Assembly (NCBI GenBank): GCA_951406725.2 | Contig: OX597814.1 | Coordinates: forward strand, 195,610,001-195,674,000 | DNA: 64,000 nt | Source of the DNA: Octopus vulgaris | Taxonomy: Eukaryota | Direction of reading: 5' to 3' | Shown: one piece after another, positions 27,589 to 45,699 of the stretch | How the letters are laid out: every line of letters begins with the position of its first letter | How positions within the stretch are numbered: position 1 is the first letter of the stretch | Position numbers and translations under genes: made by a program | Notes under the pieces: model-generated | The model's input: the letters and a program-made list of their open reading frames with translations, nothing else | Database searches by the model: none | What the model was told of the DNA's origin: nothing

Positions 27589-28197
27589 ATGTATTTGTGT
27601 GTCTGTCCCCCACCATCACTTGACAACCGATATTGCCGTGTTTACATACCTGTAACTTAGCGGTTCGGCAAAAGAGACCGATACAATACGTACTAGGCTT
27701 ACAAAGAATAAATCCTGAGGTCAATTTTCTCGACTAAAATCGGTGCTCTAGCATGGTCGTATTCAAATGACTGAAGCAATAATGACCGACATGAGGAGTA
27801 GATAGGCAGCCGACGACTGAAGAAAGGTCTCTCTTTATGTTACTTGTCCTGTTTTCCATTTGGTTCTCTCGTTATATATATATAATTACTTAGTATTACT
27901 TAAATTTTCCTCGAATGGGGCTTTTACATGCCGAAATCTACTTGGTGTAATTGATAATTATCCCTAATTAATTAATTTCACCCTTTATTATTACTGATAA
28001 CCATATTTTATCCCAGTAAATGACCGCAGCATTTTGTCTTGGCTACACGCGGGTGGAAGGGGGCTGGTGACACAAACTTTCATTCAAACTTTGAATTTCG
28101 TGGTACTGGTCATGCTTTGGCTCGCTCTGACACTGAGTTGAGATGATGCATTCTAGTATCTCAAAATTTAATATACAATTATTCATAATTGTGGTAT

Positions 28198-28289
28198 CCT
28201 GCGCCGATGAGAGAAGAAGTTTGGGTAAAGTAGAATTTTCTAATTCTTATGCTATCCTAAAACTTGATCTCGAAACGTACGTCCGTAGG
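28198..28289 (+). ncRNA. Type I hammerhead ribozyme motif, CCGAUGA core, long stem II
   Basis: Stem I CCTGCG/CGTAGG; core CCGATGA; stem II GAGA..AAGTTT/AAACTT..TCTC; GAAA; palindromic CGTACG; GUC cleavage triplet. It lies in element 27883-28484, bounded by a 14-bp direct repeat. Confidence 0.7.
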
Positions 28290-28742
28290 TAACTTAAAAT
28301 TGCATGATAGATTGCCGTCATTTCATTCTTTCTTCCTTACCTGTCTGTGTTTGCCTTTCAAGTGCTGTGTTTTTACTGAGATCCCCCTTTTAGTAGAAGG
28401 AATAGCTATATCTATTTGACTGCTATTTCTAAATTCGGTGTGTTGGTGAGGCAATTCGTTGCTAAACCCTTAATTACTTAGTATATATATGTATATATGT
28501 ATGTATGTATATATGTATGTATATATATATATATAATGTTTAAGTAGTTGAATGAATTATCCTAGTATGGATAATTCGGTTAACCGATACCCGGGTAGCA
28601 AATTTACGTCAGAAAGCACGCACGGTTGAGGCTACATGCCAAGGGCAGAAATCATGTGCTTTCGTGTGGAAATATGTGTGTTTTTTTACTATAGATAAAT
28701 GAAAGAATGGAGTCGAACGACGATTTAACAAAATTCCTTTAT

Positions 28743-28823
28743 TCTCGACACATGTTTCGAAGACTGCATATTCTTAATTCCGAAGGAATAAAGGGTGCAT
28801 TATGCCGTCTTCTCATCAGGAAA
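28743..28823 (-). ncRNA. Type I hammerhead ribozyme, canonical core
   Basis: Minus strand: TTTC-CTGATGA-GAAGAC...GTCTTC-GAAA-CATGTG-TC-GAGA. It sits in a ~360-bp insert flanked by (TA)n on both sides. Confidence 0.8.
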
Positions 28824-28917
28824 GACAAGGAACTTATGTCAGCATCATGAGGAACAAAAACGTTTAGATGACTGCCCACACGGAGTCCATAGTAATAATA
28901 TATATATATATATAAAT

Positions 28918-29857
<940 letters not shown>

Positions 29858-29869
29858 TATATATGTATA

Positions 29870-31362
<1,493 letters not shown>

Positions 31363-31839
31363 TATATATATATAGATAGATATATATAAGGATAAGATCC
31401 TTATTTTAAGCAACGATCAAATCAAGGGGCTGCACTAGAAGAAAGTACCTTATAGGTTATCTAAGACATACAACCATGTTTGAAATAGTTAAAACCTGTC
31501 TCTAAAACCACATGTTATATTTAATACAACACAAGGTGAAAAGACAAATCGACAAATTAACTAGTGAAAACTGGATAATTCCAGACCCTGGGATTTTGGC
31601 TCTTTATAAAAATACTGTGCCACCAAGAATTGTACATAAGTGTATATATATATATATATAGATAAGAAAGTTTGTTTGGTAAAGCACGTGGGTGAATATA
31701 TAAGAAAATAGTAAAGTGTGAAAAAACGACAGAAGGCTTAAATGTTAAAAAATTTATATATTTGTGTCAAAATGTCTGGAGAATATTGGAAAAATTATTT
31801 TTCCCTTTCCTTAAAATGACATAATTTTAAAATTTTTTA

Positions 31840-31879
31840 AAGAAATTACCGGTTTCGCGTGTACCTTTTCAAATTTCTT
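31840..31879 (-). ncRNA. Minimal hammerhead in pLTR (U3-A8 core)
   Basis: Inverted copy of 33077-33116 with one stem II mismatch. Confidence 0.65.
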
Positions 31880-32026
31880 GTGACGTTATGTTTATATTGC
31901 ATGGAATTATCGTTGTTTTTATTTCCAGGAGATTTCTAAATAAGGGGAGGTAGTGAGTGATTTTTTCCGGTGTAGGGGAGATAATCGCTTAAAAATTTTT
32001 TTTTTTTTTTTTTTCCCTTTTCCTTG

Positions 32027-32950
32027 TTAATTTCTCTGTGTCAGTATGTTCGGATGGTTGAGTCTGGGTTTGTACTTTTCAATGAAGAATGTTTCCTTGT
32101 TCAGTCTCATTTGTGTTGATGATCCGAAAGCACATTGGTAAAATGGGAAGATTAAAAATTGTGGCAGTAGTTGCTTTGCGCATTTCTCAATGTGCTCACT
32201 AAAAGGTATCATTCTATATTCTGGGAATGCAATCTGTTGTCGATGCAGTGTGCATCTGCGCCTGAGTGATAGTCCCGTGGAACCCACGTAGTCTTGGTGG
32301 CAGCCCGAGCATTTAATAACATAAATTATATTTTCAGAGGCACAAGTAAAGTTAGATTTGATCTTAAATTTCTGTCCCTCTTTAAAGAAGAATTCTGATC
32401 CTTCCAATAGGTTAGGACATGTTGCACAGTTCGATCTACCACATTTTTTTACTTTTGCATCCGTAATTTTAGAAGACAATTTTGCCTTTGTGAAAATCTT
32501 TTTAAGTGATTTAGGCTGTTTGTAGCTTTTAATGATTTGGTGTATGTTTAGAATTTCCTTTAATTTTGGGTTTTTATGAAGTATTGGTAAATTCTGGGTG
32601 ATGATGGTGAAGGCTTCTTTGTTTCTGGGGTTGTATGTAGATATGTAAGGTAGTATTTTCGGGGAAGGTGTGTTGTTGTGTTGAACTTTTCTTAAAGTTT
32701 CTATGTTGATTTCTGTTGCACGTCTGATCCCATCCTCTATGAGTTGAGCTGGGTAATGTCTGTCAATTAGGGTGTTTTTGAGTTCTTGCAGTCTAAAGTT
32801 CCTGGTATTTTGTTCTGACACTATTGTGCATATCCTTCTTGCAAGGTTGAAGGGGATGTTTGTTTTAGTGTGTCTTGGGTGGCATGAATTAAAAAGAAGG
32901 TATTGTTTGGCGTCTGTGGCTTTGTAAAAAATGTCTGTTTCTATTTTAAG
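32027..32950 (-). CDS. PLE polyprotein C-terminal part: RT thumb plus GIY-YIG endonuclease (5'-truncated)
   Basis: Upstream in frame: TDIFYKATDAKQYLLFNSCHPRHTKTNIPFNLARRI. Then CGRSNCATC, NIIYVIKCSGCHQDYVGSTG, RRRCTLHR and ETFFIEKYKPRLN. Confidence 0.9.
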   Translation of the reverse strand, partial: LKIETDIFYKATDAKQYLLFNSCHPRHTKTNIPFNLARRICTIVSEQNTRNFRLQELKNTLIDRHYPAQLIEDGIRRATEINIETLRKVQHNNTPSPKILPYISTYNPRNKEAFTIITQNLPILHKNPKLKEILNIHQIIKSYKQPKSLKKIFTKAKLSSKITDAKVKKCGRSNCATCPNLLEGSEFFFKEGQKFKIKSNFTCASENIIYVIKCSGCHQDYVGSTGLSLRRRCTLHRQQIAFPEYRMIPFSEHIEKCAKQLLPQFLIFPFYQCAFGSSTQMRLNKETFFIEKYKPRLNHPNILTQRN

Positions 32951-33076
32951 GTTAATTTTTTTTTTAAGCGATTATCTCCCCTACACCGGAAAAAATCACT
33001 CACTACCTCCCCTTATTTAGAAATCTCCTGGAAATAAAAACAACGATAATTCCATGCAATATAAACATAACGTCAC

Positions 33077-33116
33077 AAGAAATTTGAAAAGCTACACGCG
33101 AAACCGGTAATTTCTT
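33077..33116 (+). ncRNA. Minimal hammerhead in pLTR (U3-A8 core)
   Basis: AAGAAAT-TTGAAAA-GC(TACAC)GC-GAAA-CCGG-TA-ATTTCTT, with a 7-bp stem I and palindromic stem III. Confidence 0.75.
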
Positions 33117-33695
33117 TAAAAAAATTTAAAATTATGTCATTTTAAGGAAAGGGAAAAAAAATTTTTCCAATATTCTCCAGACATTTTGACACAAATATAT
33201 ATATTTTTTAACATTTAAGCCTTCTGTCGTTTTTTCACACTTTACTATTTTCTTATATATATATATATATATACAGAAACAGATAAATACTTGCGTATAC
33301 GCACGGGCATATACTTATATATGCACGTATATACACGACCAGTTCAGTTATCCGTCCAAACACCATGTGCTATAAGGTCTAAACACCACCGCAGAGTAAA
33401 TATAATGGCGAAGTGAGAGCCAGAAACCCAAGGTCTGGAATTACACACACACACACACACACACAATCACATACACACACATAAATTACACATACACATA
33501 CACACACTTTTTCATGGATATATATGAGCCGTGTATTGTTTTTAATGTCACCGTAGCATATTTCTTTTTGTCGCCATTTGACTCACTGCGGATTCCAGCA
33601 GCTCTTTTTCCTGAATCTCTGAATGAGAAAAGCCAAGTGCCAAATGGAATTACGGGAAATGATAGAACATCGTATAATCTTCTTTTATTTTAAAA

Positions 33696-33990
33696 CTAGC
33701 AGTATCGCCCGGTGTTGCTCGGGTTTGTAATGGAAATAACTATATAAACGCTTTTAATGAGTTACTTCCCTTATATAAAACCGAGCGAAAAATGGATTAA
33801 AATTGGGGAAAAATGATGGTAAATTTTTTTTTAAATCGTTGACTCATGCTAATACCCAGAAGGGCTCGATAGGAATCACGACTATAAGAAACCCGCTTTT
33901 GGTTAAACTGCACCGCAAAATGTGGGAGTAGTTAGGAATCTAAATCGGAGTAGACAGACACACACACAACTACAGTTTTATATATAAAGA
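33696..33990 (-). mobile_element. Non-autonomous Helitron
   Basis: The minus strand runs TCTTTATATATAAAACTG...CCCGAGCAACACCGGGCGATACTGCTAG. Its 3' end matches that of 19827-20211. Confidence 0.75.
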
Positions 33991-35253
33991 TGTACGAACA
34001 GAGCTGAAGGAACTCGTATTTGTAGTCGTTAAGTTTAACGTGTGGGAGATATACAACTTTGAGAGAATTCTCTGATAGAATCTAGGGAAATAAAGAATTT
34101 TTAAAATTTAAGGGAATTTGGATTTTCTGCAGGAATCACACGCGGGATTGTATTGTAGTAATTAATATAATTGGAAGTGCCTATTCTCAATGCACTCTCT
34201 ATCAAAATAGGCCTTGGTGCTCATGAACATTATCGCGGTGGTCGTCGCCGTGTTCTTCATTATCATCAACAGTTAAAATAATAACAATCATAACAACAAC
34301 AACAACAACAACAACATCATCAGCAGCAAGTGGAGGCGCAATGGCCCAATGGTTAGGGCAGCCGACTCGCGGTCGGAGGATCGCGGTTTCGATTCCCAGA
34401 CCGGGCGTTGTGTGTGTTTATTGAGCGAAAACACATAAAACTCCACCAGGCTCCGGCAAGGCGCGGTGGCGACCCCCTGTTGTACTCTTTCGCTTCAATT
34501 TTCTCTCACTCTTTCTTCCTGTTTCTTGTCCCCGACTTCCTACGCAACCGCTGACCCTGGATGCGCATTCATCCATCCGTCGATGCTCTCGGTGTCGGGG
34601 GTTGATCTGCTTTCTCTTCTGCGGGTCTTACGAATAGCAAAGGACCATGTTTCGGACTTCTCCCAAGAGGACGAAGACCGCTTCGCTCAACAAACAAACA
34701 AACAAACAAAGCAGCAGCAACAACAACAACAACAATAAATGCCCTGATGCAGTACCAGGCACTGGCTCACATGGCTTCTGATCTTAACTGATTGGAAGTG
34801 TTATCATGTACATTGTTTTGTCTTGGTATAAAAGATGGACTACAGCAAATATTTCTGCTCAGTACCACAGATTTACTTGTCAGTTGTTTGACCTTAACCA
34901 GTTGAGCATGTCCCTTAGTGGCTGACGATATGTGCATCTCTGATCACGAGCAGAAGTAGTTGGGGAGCATCATAGCCATGTGTTGAGAGGAATTCTTTGG
35001 GGTTTGAATAATTCACCTCTGGAAACATGGGTGTTTCGTTCAACATCTTTAAACAGCCCTTATTCAGGGACCTTTTGAGCGGGATGGGGTACTCGACCAG
35101 AAGAAAATTTCTAACTGGGCCCCACCTGCAAGGTCATGTGCTGTTTATCTTGATATGAGATCACCATGTCGCGCACATATGGTTGTGATGTATGTGCCTG
35201 GTGTACCCTTATAAGATGGGTAGTCATGATGGGTATACTGGGCTTCGTATATT

Positions 35254-35490
35254 TTAACCCCCCTCCTCCTCCTCCACGCCACCAGATCGATCTAGGCAAC
35301 AACTTTCCCGAGGTTTTGAATTAAGTAGTAGGAATTTTAGTAATTGTTTCAACTGATCCTTCTTCCAAAAGACGGGTCTCCCTTTACCGCGGTATCCCTC
35401 TACATGTTGGCCATACAAAATAATTTTCGGAATTAGATCATCTTGCATTAAAACGGCATATCCTGCTCCTCCGCATTGAATTCTCAACAA
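35254..35490 (-). pseudogene. RTE-clade LINE C-terminal fragment
   Basis: MQDDLIPKIILYGQHVEGYRGKGRP...KDQLKQLLK matches the RTE C-terminal RMxxxRxPKxxLYGEL..GxR..GRP motif. Confidence 0.65.
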
Positions 35491-35747
35491 TACGCTTTCG
35501 ATACTAGAAATAGAATATTTTTTTTTTAAATCTTGATTCTTGATATTTTATCTTGCCATGTTATGTTGCAGATATTGCACATGTGAAAGGTTTCTTTCAA
35601 GTTTCTTTATATGTCAGTTGTGCTCAAAAACTGTGCTCAAAATAAAGATTAATATAAACTTATTTTATAGTTCTATATTTAAGAGATGAGGAATTATTTA
35701 CATTATTTACATTCGACGGATATTTGTCCTAATCTTGTTTGTTGTTA

Positions 35748-35791
35748 ATACAACGTTTCGGCTGATATACCCTCCAGCCTTCATCAGGTGT
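35748..35791 (-). ncRNA. Minimal type I hammerhead, canonical core
   Basis: ACAC-CTGATGA-A-GGCTG(GAGGGTATAT)CAGCC-GAAA-CG-TT-GTAT. Confidence 0.7.
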
Positions 35792-35843
35792 GTTGGGGAA
35801 ATTTCGAACTGGGTTCTCATTCCTAAGGTATTTTTCGATGTTA

Positions 35844-35888
<45 letters not shown>

Positions 35889-35889
35889 T

Positions 35890-37657
35890 TATTCAGTAGT
35901 TTTATTTTTATAGCGTGCTTTCACTTCACTACCGAGCACAGCTCTGTGTGCCTTAGGTATGTGCTGTGATTTGTTGTGATGCTCTGATGGTTATTGTATG
36001 GAAAGTGTTCTGCGTAGGATGTGTGCAGTGCCTAGTAGTGCAATTTTCTGTATGTTATATGTGTTTGTAAGTCCTGGTATTTTTGTTATGTATTTGTCTG
36101 AATATTTTTTTATCATGCCTAATGCACCTACTATGATAGGAATTGTTTCTGTTTTCAGATTCCACATTCTAGTTACCTCTACTTCCAGGTCTTTGTATTT
36201 TGAGAGTTTCTCCATTTCTTTTAGAGACACGTTGTCATCAGCCGGTATTGATACATCAATTAGAAAGCATTTTTTTCTTCATGATCTCTGACAACTATAT
36301 CTGGTCTGTTGGCCTTAATTTCTCTATCTGTGTGTATCGGCATATCCCAGAGTATGGTTGCTTTCTCGTTTTCTGTGACCTTTTCTGGTGTGTGCCTATA
36401 CCATCTTTTTTCTGTTGTTATTCCATAATGTTGGCATAGCTTCCAATGTATGTAGGTTCCAACTCTGTCATGTCTGTGAATATATTCATTCTTAGTCAGG
36501 ACTGGGCAGCTAGAGATAATATGATTTATTGTTTCTTGTCCATCTCCACATATTCTGCAGTTACTTGTTATATTTCTTTTCATTACATGTTTTTGGTAAT
36601 TTCTGGTGGGGAGGCTTTGCTCTTGTGCTGCAATTAAAAATCCCTCTGTTTCTGCTTTGAGTCCTGAGCTTCTCAACCATTGCTGGGATTTTTCTTTGTC
36701 TATTTCTTTTGCGTTTAGTTTAGTCCAGTATTTACCATGAAGCGGCTTTTCTTGCCATCGTTTTATCATGGTTCGTTGCTGTTCTATTTTTAGTTTGGAT
36801 TTCATTTGTTTTATAGCTTTTGTTGTTTCTTCATCTTCTTCTTCTTCTTCATGTTTATTAGGTGGTATGATTTCTTGTTTGTATTTGTCAGCTTCCTTAA
36901 ATACTGAGAACAGTTTTTTTGTTTTGCTCGTGTTTTGCCGCTATCTGGATCAGTTTTCCTTCCTTCTGATGTAGATATTTTTGCAGTCCTATGGTGGTTA
37001 TTTTATAGTAGTTTTCCAGCTGTATAAGGCCTCTACCACCTTCTATACGTTGTATATATAGTCTTTCTATGTCAGATTTTGGGTGATGTATCCTAGATCC
37101 TGTCATTATTTTTCTTGTTTTCCTATCTATTTTGGTCAGTTCATTTCGTGTCCAGTTAAGGATATTGTAGCTGTAACTTATAACTGGGACAGCTAAAGTG
37201 TTGATACCTATTATCTTGTTTTTAGCATTGAGCTCTGTGTTTAGTATTGATCTAACTCGTCTATAATATTCTTTTTTTATTTTCTCTTTCATTTGTGTGT
37301 GTTGTGTCTTATCTAGTTCATGGATTCCTAAGTATTTGTAAGTTTGGCTTTGGTCTAATTCTTTTATTTCATTGGTTTTATCTAGTGTGATGTTGTTACT
37401 CTTAACTAGTTTTCCTCTTTTCATGGTTACTTTGGCGCATTTTTCTAATCCAAATTTCATATCTATTTCTTTGGTAAATCCATGAACTGTCTTTAATAGT
37501 GTTTCCAGCTGTTTGTCATTTGCAGCGTATAGTTTTAGGTCATCCATATATAAAAGGTGGCTGATCGTTTTGACGTAACATTTATATCCGCATCCAGTTC
37601 TATTTAGCATATCAGATAGAGGTGACAGTGCCAATCAGAAAAGGAGTGGAGAGAGCG

Positions 37658-37660
<3 letters not shown>
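35890..37660 (-). mobile_element. 5'-truncated R4/Dong-clade non-LTR retrotransposon (RT, CCHC, restriction-like endonuclease), frameshifted
   Basis: ISHLLYMDDLKL, YKYLG, GGRGL, CRICGDGQETINHIISSC, RHD, RPDIV and EKLSKYKDL across ORFs 36897-37634, 36260-36805 and 35991-36230. (TTA)n on both sides fits the known Dong (TAA)n target. Confidence 0.92.
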
Positions 37661-37688
<28 letters not shown>

Positions 37689-37822
37689 GTTCAGGTCACT
37701 GCTTGGAATGGAACTCGGAATCTTGGGGTTAGAAGGCTGTGCCTTTAACCACTACGCCATATGCCCACGGGGATATGGCGTAGTGGTTAAGAATGAGAAC
37801 CCAGGTTCAAAATGTCCCCAAG

Positions 37823-37866
37823 ACACCTGAAGAAGGCTGGAGGGTATATCAGCCGAAATGTTGTGT
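37823..37866 (+). ncRNA. Minimal type I hammerhead (inverted copy)
   Basis: ACAC-CTGAAGA-A-GGCTG...CAGCC-GAAA-TG-TT-GTGT. Confidence 0.6.
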
Positions 37867-37969
37867 TAACAACAAACAAGATGAGGACAAATATACGTCA
37901 AATGTAAATAATGTAAATAATGTAAACTTATTTTAGTTTTCAAATTGGCAGTAACAATAGTTATTGTCT

Positions 37970-39720
<1,751 letters not shown>

Positions 39721-40816
39721 TATGCGTATGCACGTATACCTGTATGCATGTGCAAGTTGGTTGAAAACGGGCGACTGAAAGTAACATGACAGATATAATT
39801 ACAGAAAGGCGGGAAAAAGAATATGCACATATATGTATGTATATACATATATATGTATATAAGTATGAATGTATATATGTATGTATGTACGTGTGTGTGT
39901 ATTAGAAAGCGAGGTAGAATAGACAAACTTAAGATGATAATGTAATGGTGTAATGATAATAATACAAATAATACTAATAATTATTATTCTTTTGAAATAA
40001 TAATAAAACAATTAAAATATCTAATTTTTTCTCTTTTTACCTTGGCATTAATTTGTTAGTACCTTGATTAGTAAATTACTGTATAAAACAATCAATTTAT
40101 TTAGGCATTAGTTTCGTGGTGGTGTTTGTGGTGGTTGTGGTGGTGGTGGGTGATGGACTTGATGGTGAGTTGGTGGTGGTGGTTGTCGTTGTCCAGGTGA
40201 TGGTTGTCGTTGTCCTGGTGATGTTTATAGCAGTGGTGTTAGTTGTGGTGGTGGTGGTGGTGGTGGTGGTGTGTTGGTCGTCGTCGTCATGATGGTGATG
40301 CTGCCGATGCCGATAATGATGATGATGATGATGATTAGAGGTGATGGTGGCGTTTACAGTGGATGTAGATGTAGACGAGGAGGTGAGTATTTCAACAAAT
40401 GAAGATAAAGCACTTTCACTGTAGATTCATTAAGAAGACCAAAAAAAAAAAAAAAATGGAAAGACAAACAAAATTAAAAATAAAAATACAAAAAAAAAAT
40501 TAAAAATAAAAACATAGAGAAGAGTGCGATAGATATAAATTTTCAGTTGATGTTAAATGTCTGCTTAAAAACCAATGATTCTGGAGGAATTTATCGTCTC
40601 ATAATGGAACCATTAGCTGTCTATATGGTTGTTGGCAGGCTTCGACTACTTAAGAAACGGTTTGGATGCTGCGTTTAATATAAATAGCTATTAGTGTCAA
40701 TTTGAAAACTATTTCATTTGCTAAAAGATTAATAATACCAAGCGATCAGAAATTCAATGTTACTCGTTTGTTTAAAGTTGAAAACAGTAATAGTAATAAT
40801 AATAATAATAATATTG

Positions 40817-40864
<48 letters not shown>

Positions 40865-40888
40865 GCAACAATAATAATGCATTTATTA

Positions 40889-40920
<32 letters not shown>

Positions 40921-40948
40921 GTTATTATTATCATTATTATTATCATCC

Positions 40949-41029
<81 letters not shown>

Positions 41030-41439
41030 ATGTCTTCCCCATCATCATCATTGACGTTATCATTATCATTTTTGCCATTATCATCTATGTTATTACGTTT
41101 CTCTCTCTCTCTCTCTCTCTTTTGTGTATTTTTCTTTAGAAATTGTATTTTCATTTTTCAATTCGTTGTTATTTTACTTTATTCTAACCCTACACCCCCT
41201 ACCAATTTTACATTCCACCCCACCCCATCCCGCCAGCCATCGCCTCCTTCACAGATCTGTGTTTTCTAAAACATCACTATTCATTCCTTGAATGGTAATC
41301 CATTCCACCAATAAACATTTGCGATTCAATGAATGTGGAAGGTAGGAGAGGATAGGTGTTACACCGAAATATATTGAAAAAAAAAAGTAAACAAAACAAA
41401 AATCAACTACTAAAAAACAAGTGAGGAAGCGATACAGAT

Positions 41440-42570
<1,131 letters not shown>

Positions 42571-43281
42571 GGGGTAATATCCTAGGGAAAGAGAAAAATG
42601 AAAAAAAGACTTTCCAAGAAGGAATGAGAATGTAAGAAAGAGACATAAAAAAAAACAGCCAGAGGATGAATATAAAGAAGATGGAAAAGAGAAAACATAA
42701 GAGGAACGAGTAATTGCAAGAAAGAGAGAAAGAGAGAGAGATAGAGATAGATTGATAGAGAGAGAGAGGGGGGGAGGAGAGTAAGCTGAGGAGAGAAATA
42801 AAGGAGGATAAATAGAGGCAGAGATAGAAAGAGTGGGTTAGAGAGGGAGTGAGGGAGAGAGAGAGAGAGGAGGAAATGAATTTGCTAAATTGTAAATTTG
42901 TTTAATGGCTTAACACACTTGTATAGCTTTTTGTGGATGCCTGTCTTTATTGATTGCATACACATACAACACTCACCGAACGCATACCTGGACATAAACA
43001 TACCTTGTATACATATATATATTGAATAAAAGCCAACATGCGTCTGCTGGCACATACATGCATACAAATGTGTCCATGTGATTCACATATTAATTATATA
43101 GTTATGTATATATATATATTTATGTATGCATGCATAATGAGTGTATATTATATATGTACATATAAACGCACACAAAGATATATATATATATATATATATA
43201 AACGCATGTATACGTCAGTCTGTCTCTATGTATGTGTGTATGTACGTATATATGTATATACGTACATATGTACATACATAC

Positions 43282-43344
<63 letters not shown>

Positions 43345-43485
43345 TAGATAGATAGATATAAACACACACACATATGTGTCCGTGTGTGAATGTAGTCAAA
43401 TCGAAAACTGCATATAAGAAAACACACACACACGCGCGCGCGTATATACATACATATATAATGTAAATGTATATCACATACATAC

Positions 43486-43527
<42 letters not shown>

Positions 43528-43599
43528 GCATGTGATATACATATATATATACATATACATGTGTGTGTGTGTGTCTGTGTATGCATACACATATATATA

Positions 43600-44846
43600 C
43601 AAGAGACAAAATAATGGAAACACCTTAAAATTTTAAACAAATTTATTTTAATATGAGGTAGGATTGCTTTTGGCAGTAATTATAGCTTGAATTCTACAAG
43701 GTATGGACTCGTACAAAGTTTGAATTGTTTCCAAAGGAATTTTTGTCCATTCTTCAGCTAAAACAGTCACCAGTTCTTGTAGTGATGATGGTGGAGGATA
43801 TCGACTCCTTACTTGTTTTTCTAAAATGCACCTTAAATGTTCAATAATATTGAGATCTGGGAACTGTGGTTGCCATATAAGATGTTCAACTTCACTAGAA
43901 TGTTTCTTGTGCCATTCAGTAACAACTTTAGCTGTGTGAATTGGTGCATTATCATCCTGAAAGATTACGTTTCCCTCCGGAAACAGTTTCGCAACCATAG
44001 GATGAATTTGATCAGATAAAATGCTTAAATAGTCTTGACTATTAATTCTGCTATGAAGGGAAACCATATATAGCCCCCCCCCCAGATTATCACAGATCCT
44101 CCTTTATGTTTAACAGTTGGAAGAAGGCAGTGTGGGTCAAATGCTTCTTTTGGCTGTCTCCACACGTATACTCGGCCAGTGGTCGGAAATAAGGTAAAGG
44201 ATGACTCGTCCGAGAAAGTAACATTCTTCCACTGCTTTATGGACCAATTCTGAAGGTTTTTGCTCTACTCTAAACACTTTGTAACAATTGTTTTTGAAAG
44301 TAGTGGTTTTCTAATTGCAGCCCTCCTGTGAAATTTGGGTTTGTGCACCTCCCGGCGAACAGTTTTTGTGGAAACTGGGTTCTCAAGGTAGTCATTAAGC
44401 TCTGTAGTGATTTTGGAAGCTGGACATTTGTGATCTTTTCTAACAATTCGCGTAAGAGTCCGACGGTTCCTATCTAAAAGTTTTGGTTTTCTTCCGGAGT
44501 TCTGCTTCACCAAGGATGATTATCCCTCTTTTTCAAAGGCTGTCATTACTTTCGAGACAGTACTTCTTGATGCACCAAATATTTCGGCTGTTTTCCTTAC
44601 GCTAGCGCCTGCCGTACGAGCACCAACAATTTGATCTCTTTGAAAATCCGATAGATCTGTCATTTTAATGAATTTTAATTACCTTTTTCTGATGATATCT
44701 GAAAAGAAACAGCAATTTTAGCAAAACATATTAAGCAACACTAATAATAAATCAAAAAACCTAAACAAGCTTTTGACGGTTTTATAGATATTTAAAAATT
44801 ATGATGCTATGATGCTAGGTGCTTCCATTCTTTTGTCCAACCCCTG
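43600..44846 (-). mobile_element. Decayed Tc1-family DNA transposon (transposase pseudogene ~43651-44663)
   Basis: TIRs GACAAAATAATGGAAACACCT and AGGTGCTTCCATTCTTTTGTC in TA context. Motifs SGRKPKL, RKPLLS, IFQDDNAPIH and PDLNIIEH, with stops and frameshifts. Confidence 0.92.
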
Positions 44847-45135
44847 TGTATATATACCATTTGTTCATATCAAAGAAGACAAAAGTGCACAATACCTGGT
44901 GTATAGCAGGTGGTTATATTTATTCCAATTAAGCTCTCTGGCATGGATTCCAGTTTCACAAATATGCGATGAATCAAGCACCCACGTCCATTATGGAAAA
45001 TGAATGTTTATCCGAGGTGGTATCTGCTCTCTGCAGTTGTTCTTAACCAATGAAGGAGTGAGATTCAGGCATCATCTTAGTTAAAGGCACCAATATAATA
45101 ATGAAGTAATGATAAAGATTCATGAAACTCATTAT

Positions 45136-45203
<68 letters not shown>

Positions 45204-45207
<4 letters not shown>

Positions 45208-45699
45208 CGTACTTTTGCCATTTAAATATGGCTAACCCCTAAGGGTGGATGCTACTGTAGTTTGTAGCCCCAGGAGGACACCTCCTCCAGTTGGCCATAG
45301 ACACACTTTCTGTGCCCTATGAGTGTTTGCAAAGGGAAGCCATCCTTCCCGTCTTCAACTTATGATACACACGGACTCGAGTTTCTGAGTATTGACCCGT
45401 CATCGGCGTGTAACAATCACAGTTGTCGATGAGAAGCAGGTTCCCCATCACAAACACTTATACTTTTTCCAGTATCGATAGACACTGATATCGAAAAAGT
45501 GTAAACAAGCAAAGGCTTCCCTTTGCAAACACTGATAGGGCACATAGAGTGTGTCTATGGCCAGCTGGAGGAGGTGCCTTCCTGGGGCTACAAACTACAG
45601 TAGCATCCACCCTTAGGGGTTAGCCATATTTAAATGGCAAATGCACGTCACGATGTGTTGTAGCTACTGTTTATAACTCGCTCTGAGATTTATTATTGG

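Larger units (their letters stand above)
31660..33258 (-). mobile_element. 5'-truncated Penelope-like element with inverted pLTRs, inserted in (TA)n
   Basis: ~31698-31995 and ~32960-33258 are near-identical inverted copies. Between them lie the RT thumb and GIY-YIG coding sequence. Confidence 0.92.
35668..37922 (-). mobile_element. tRNA-headed, hammerhead-containing short retroelement with inverted 5' copy, split by a Dong insertion
   Basis: 13-bp TSD TAAACTTATTTTA at 35655-35667 and 37923-37935. tRNA-like head at 37766-37689, a (TAA)n linker, a hammerhead at 35748-35791, and an inverted partial copy at 37770-37922. Confidence 0.75.

Noticed and set aside
37689-37766. Functional tRNA gene
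   Set aside because: The anticodon and acceptor stems do not pair properly. It is a retroelement head, as are the SINE heads elsewhere.
40090-40390. Host exon ending at a GTGAGT donor
   Set aside because: The upstream sequence is degenerate GGT/GAT repeat with no clear acceptor or recognisable protein.
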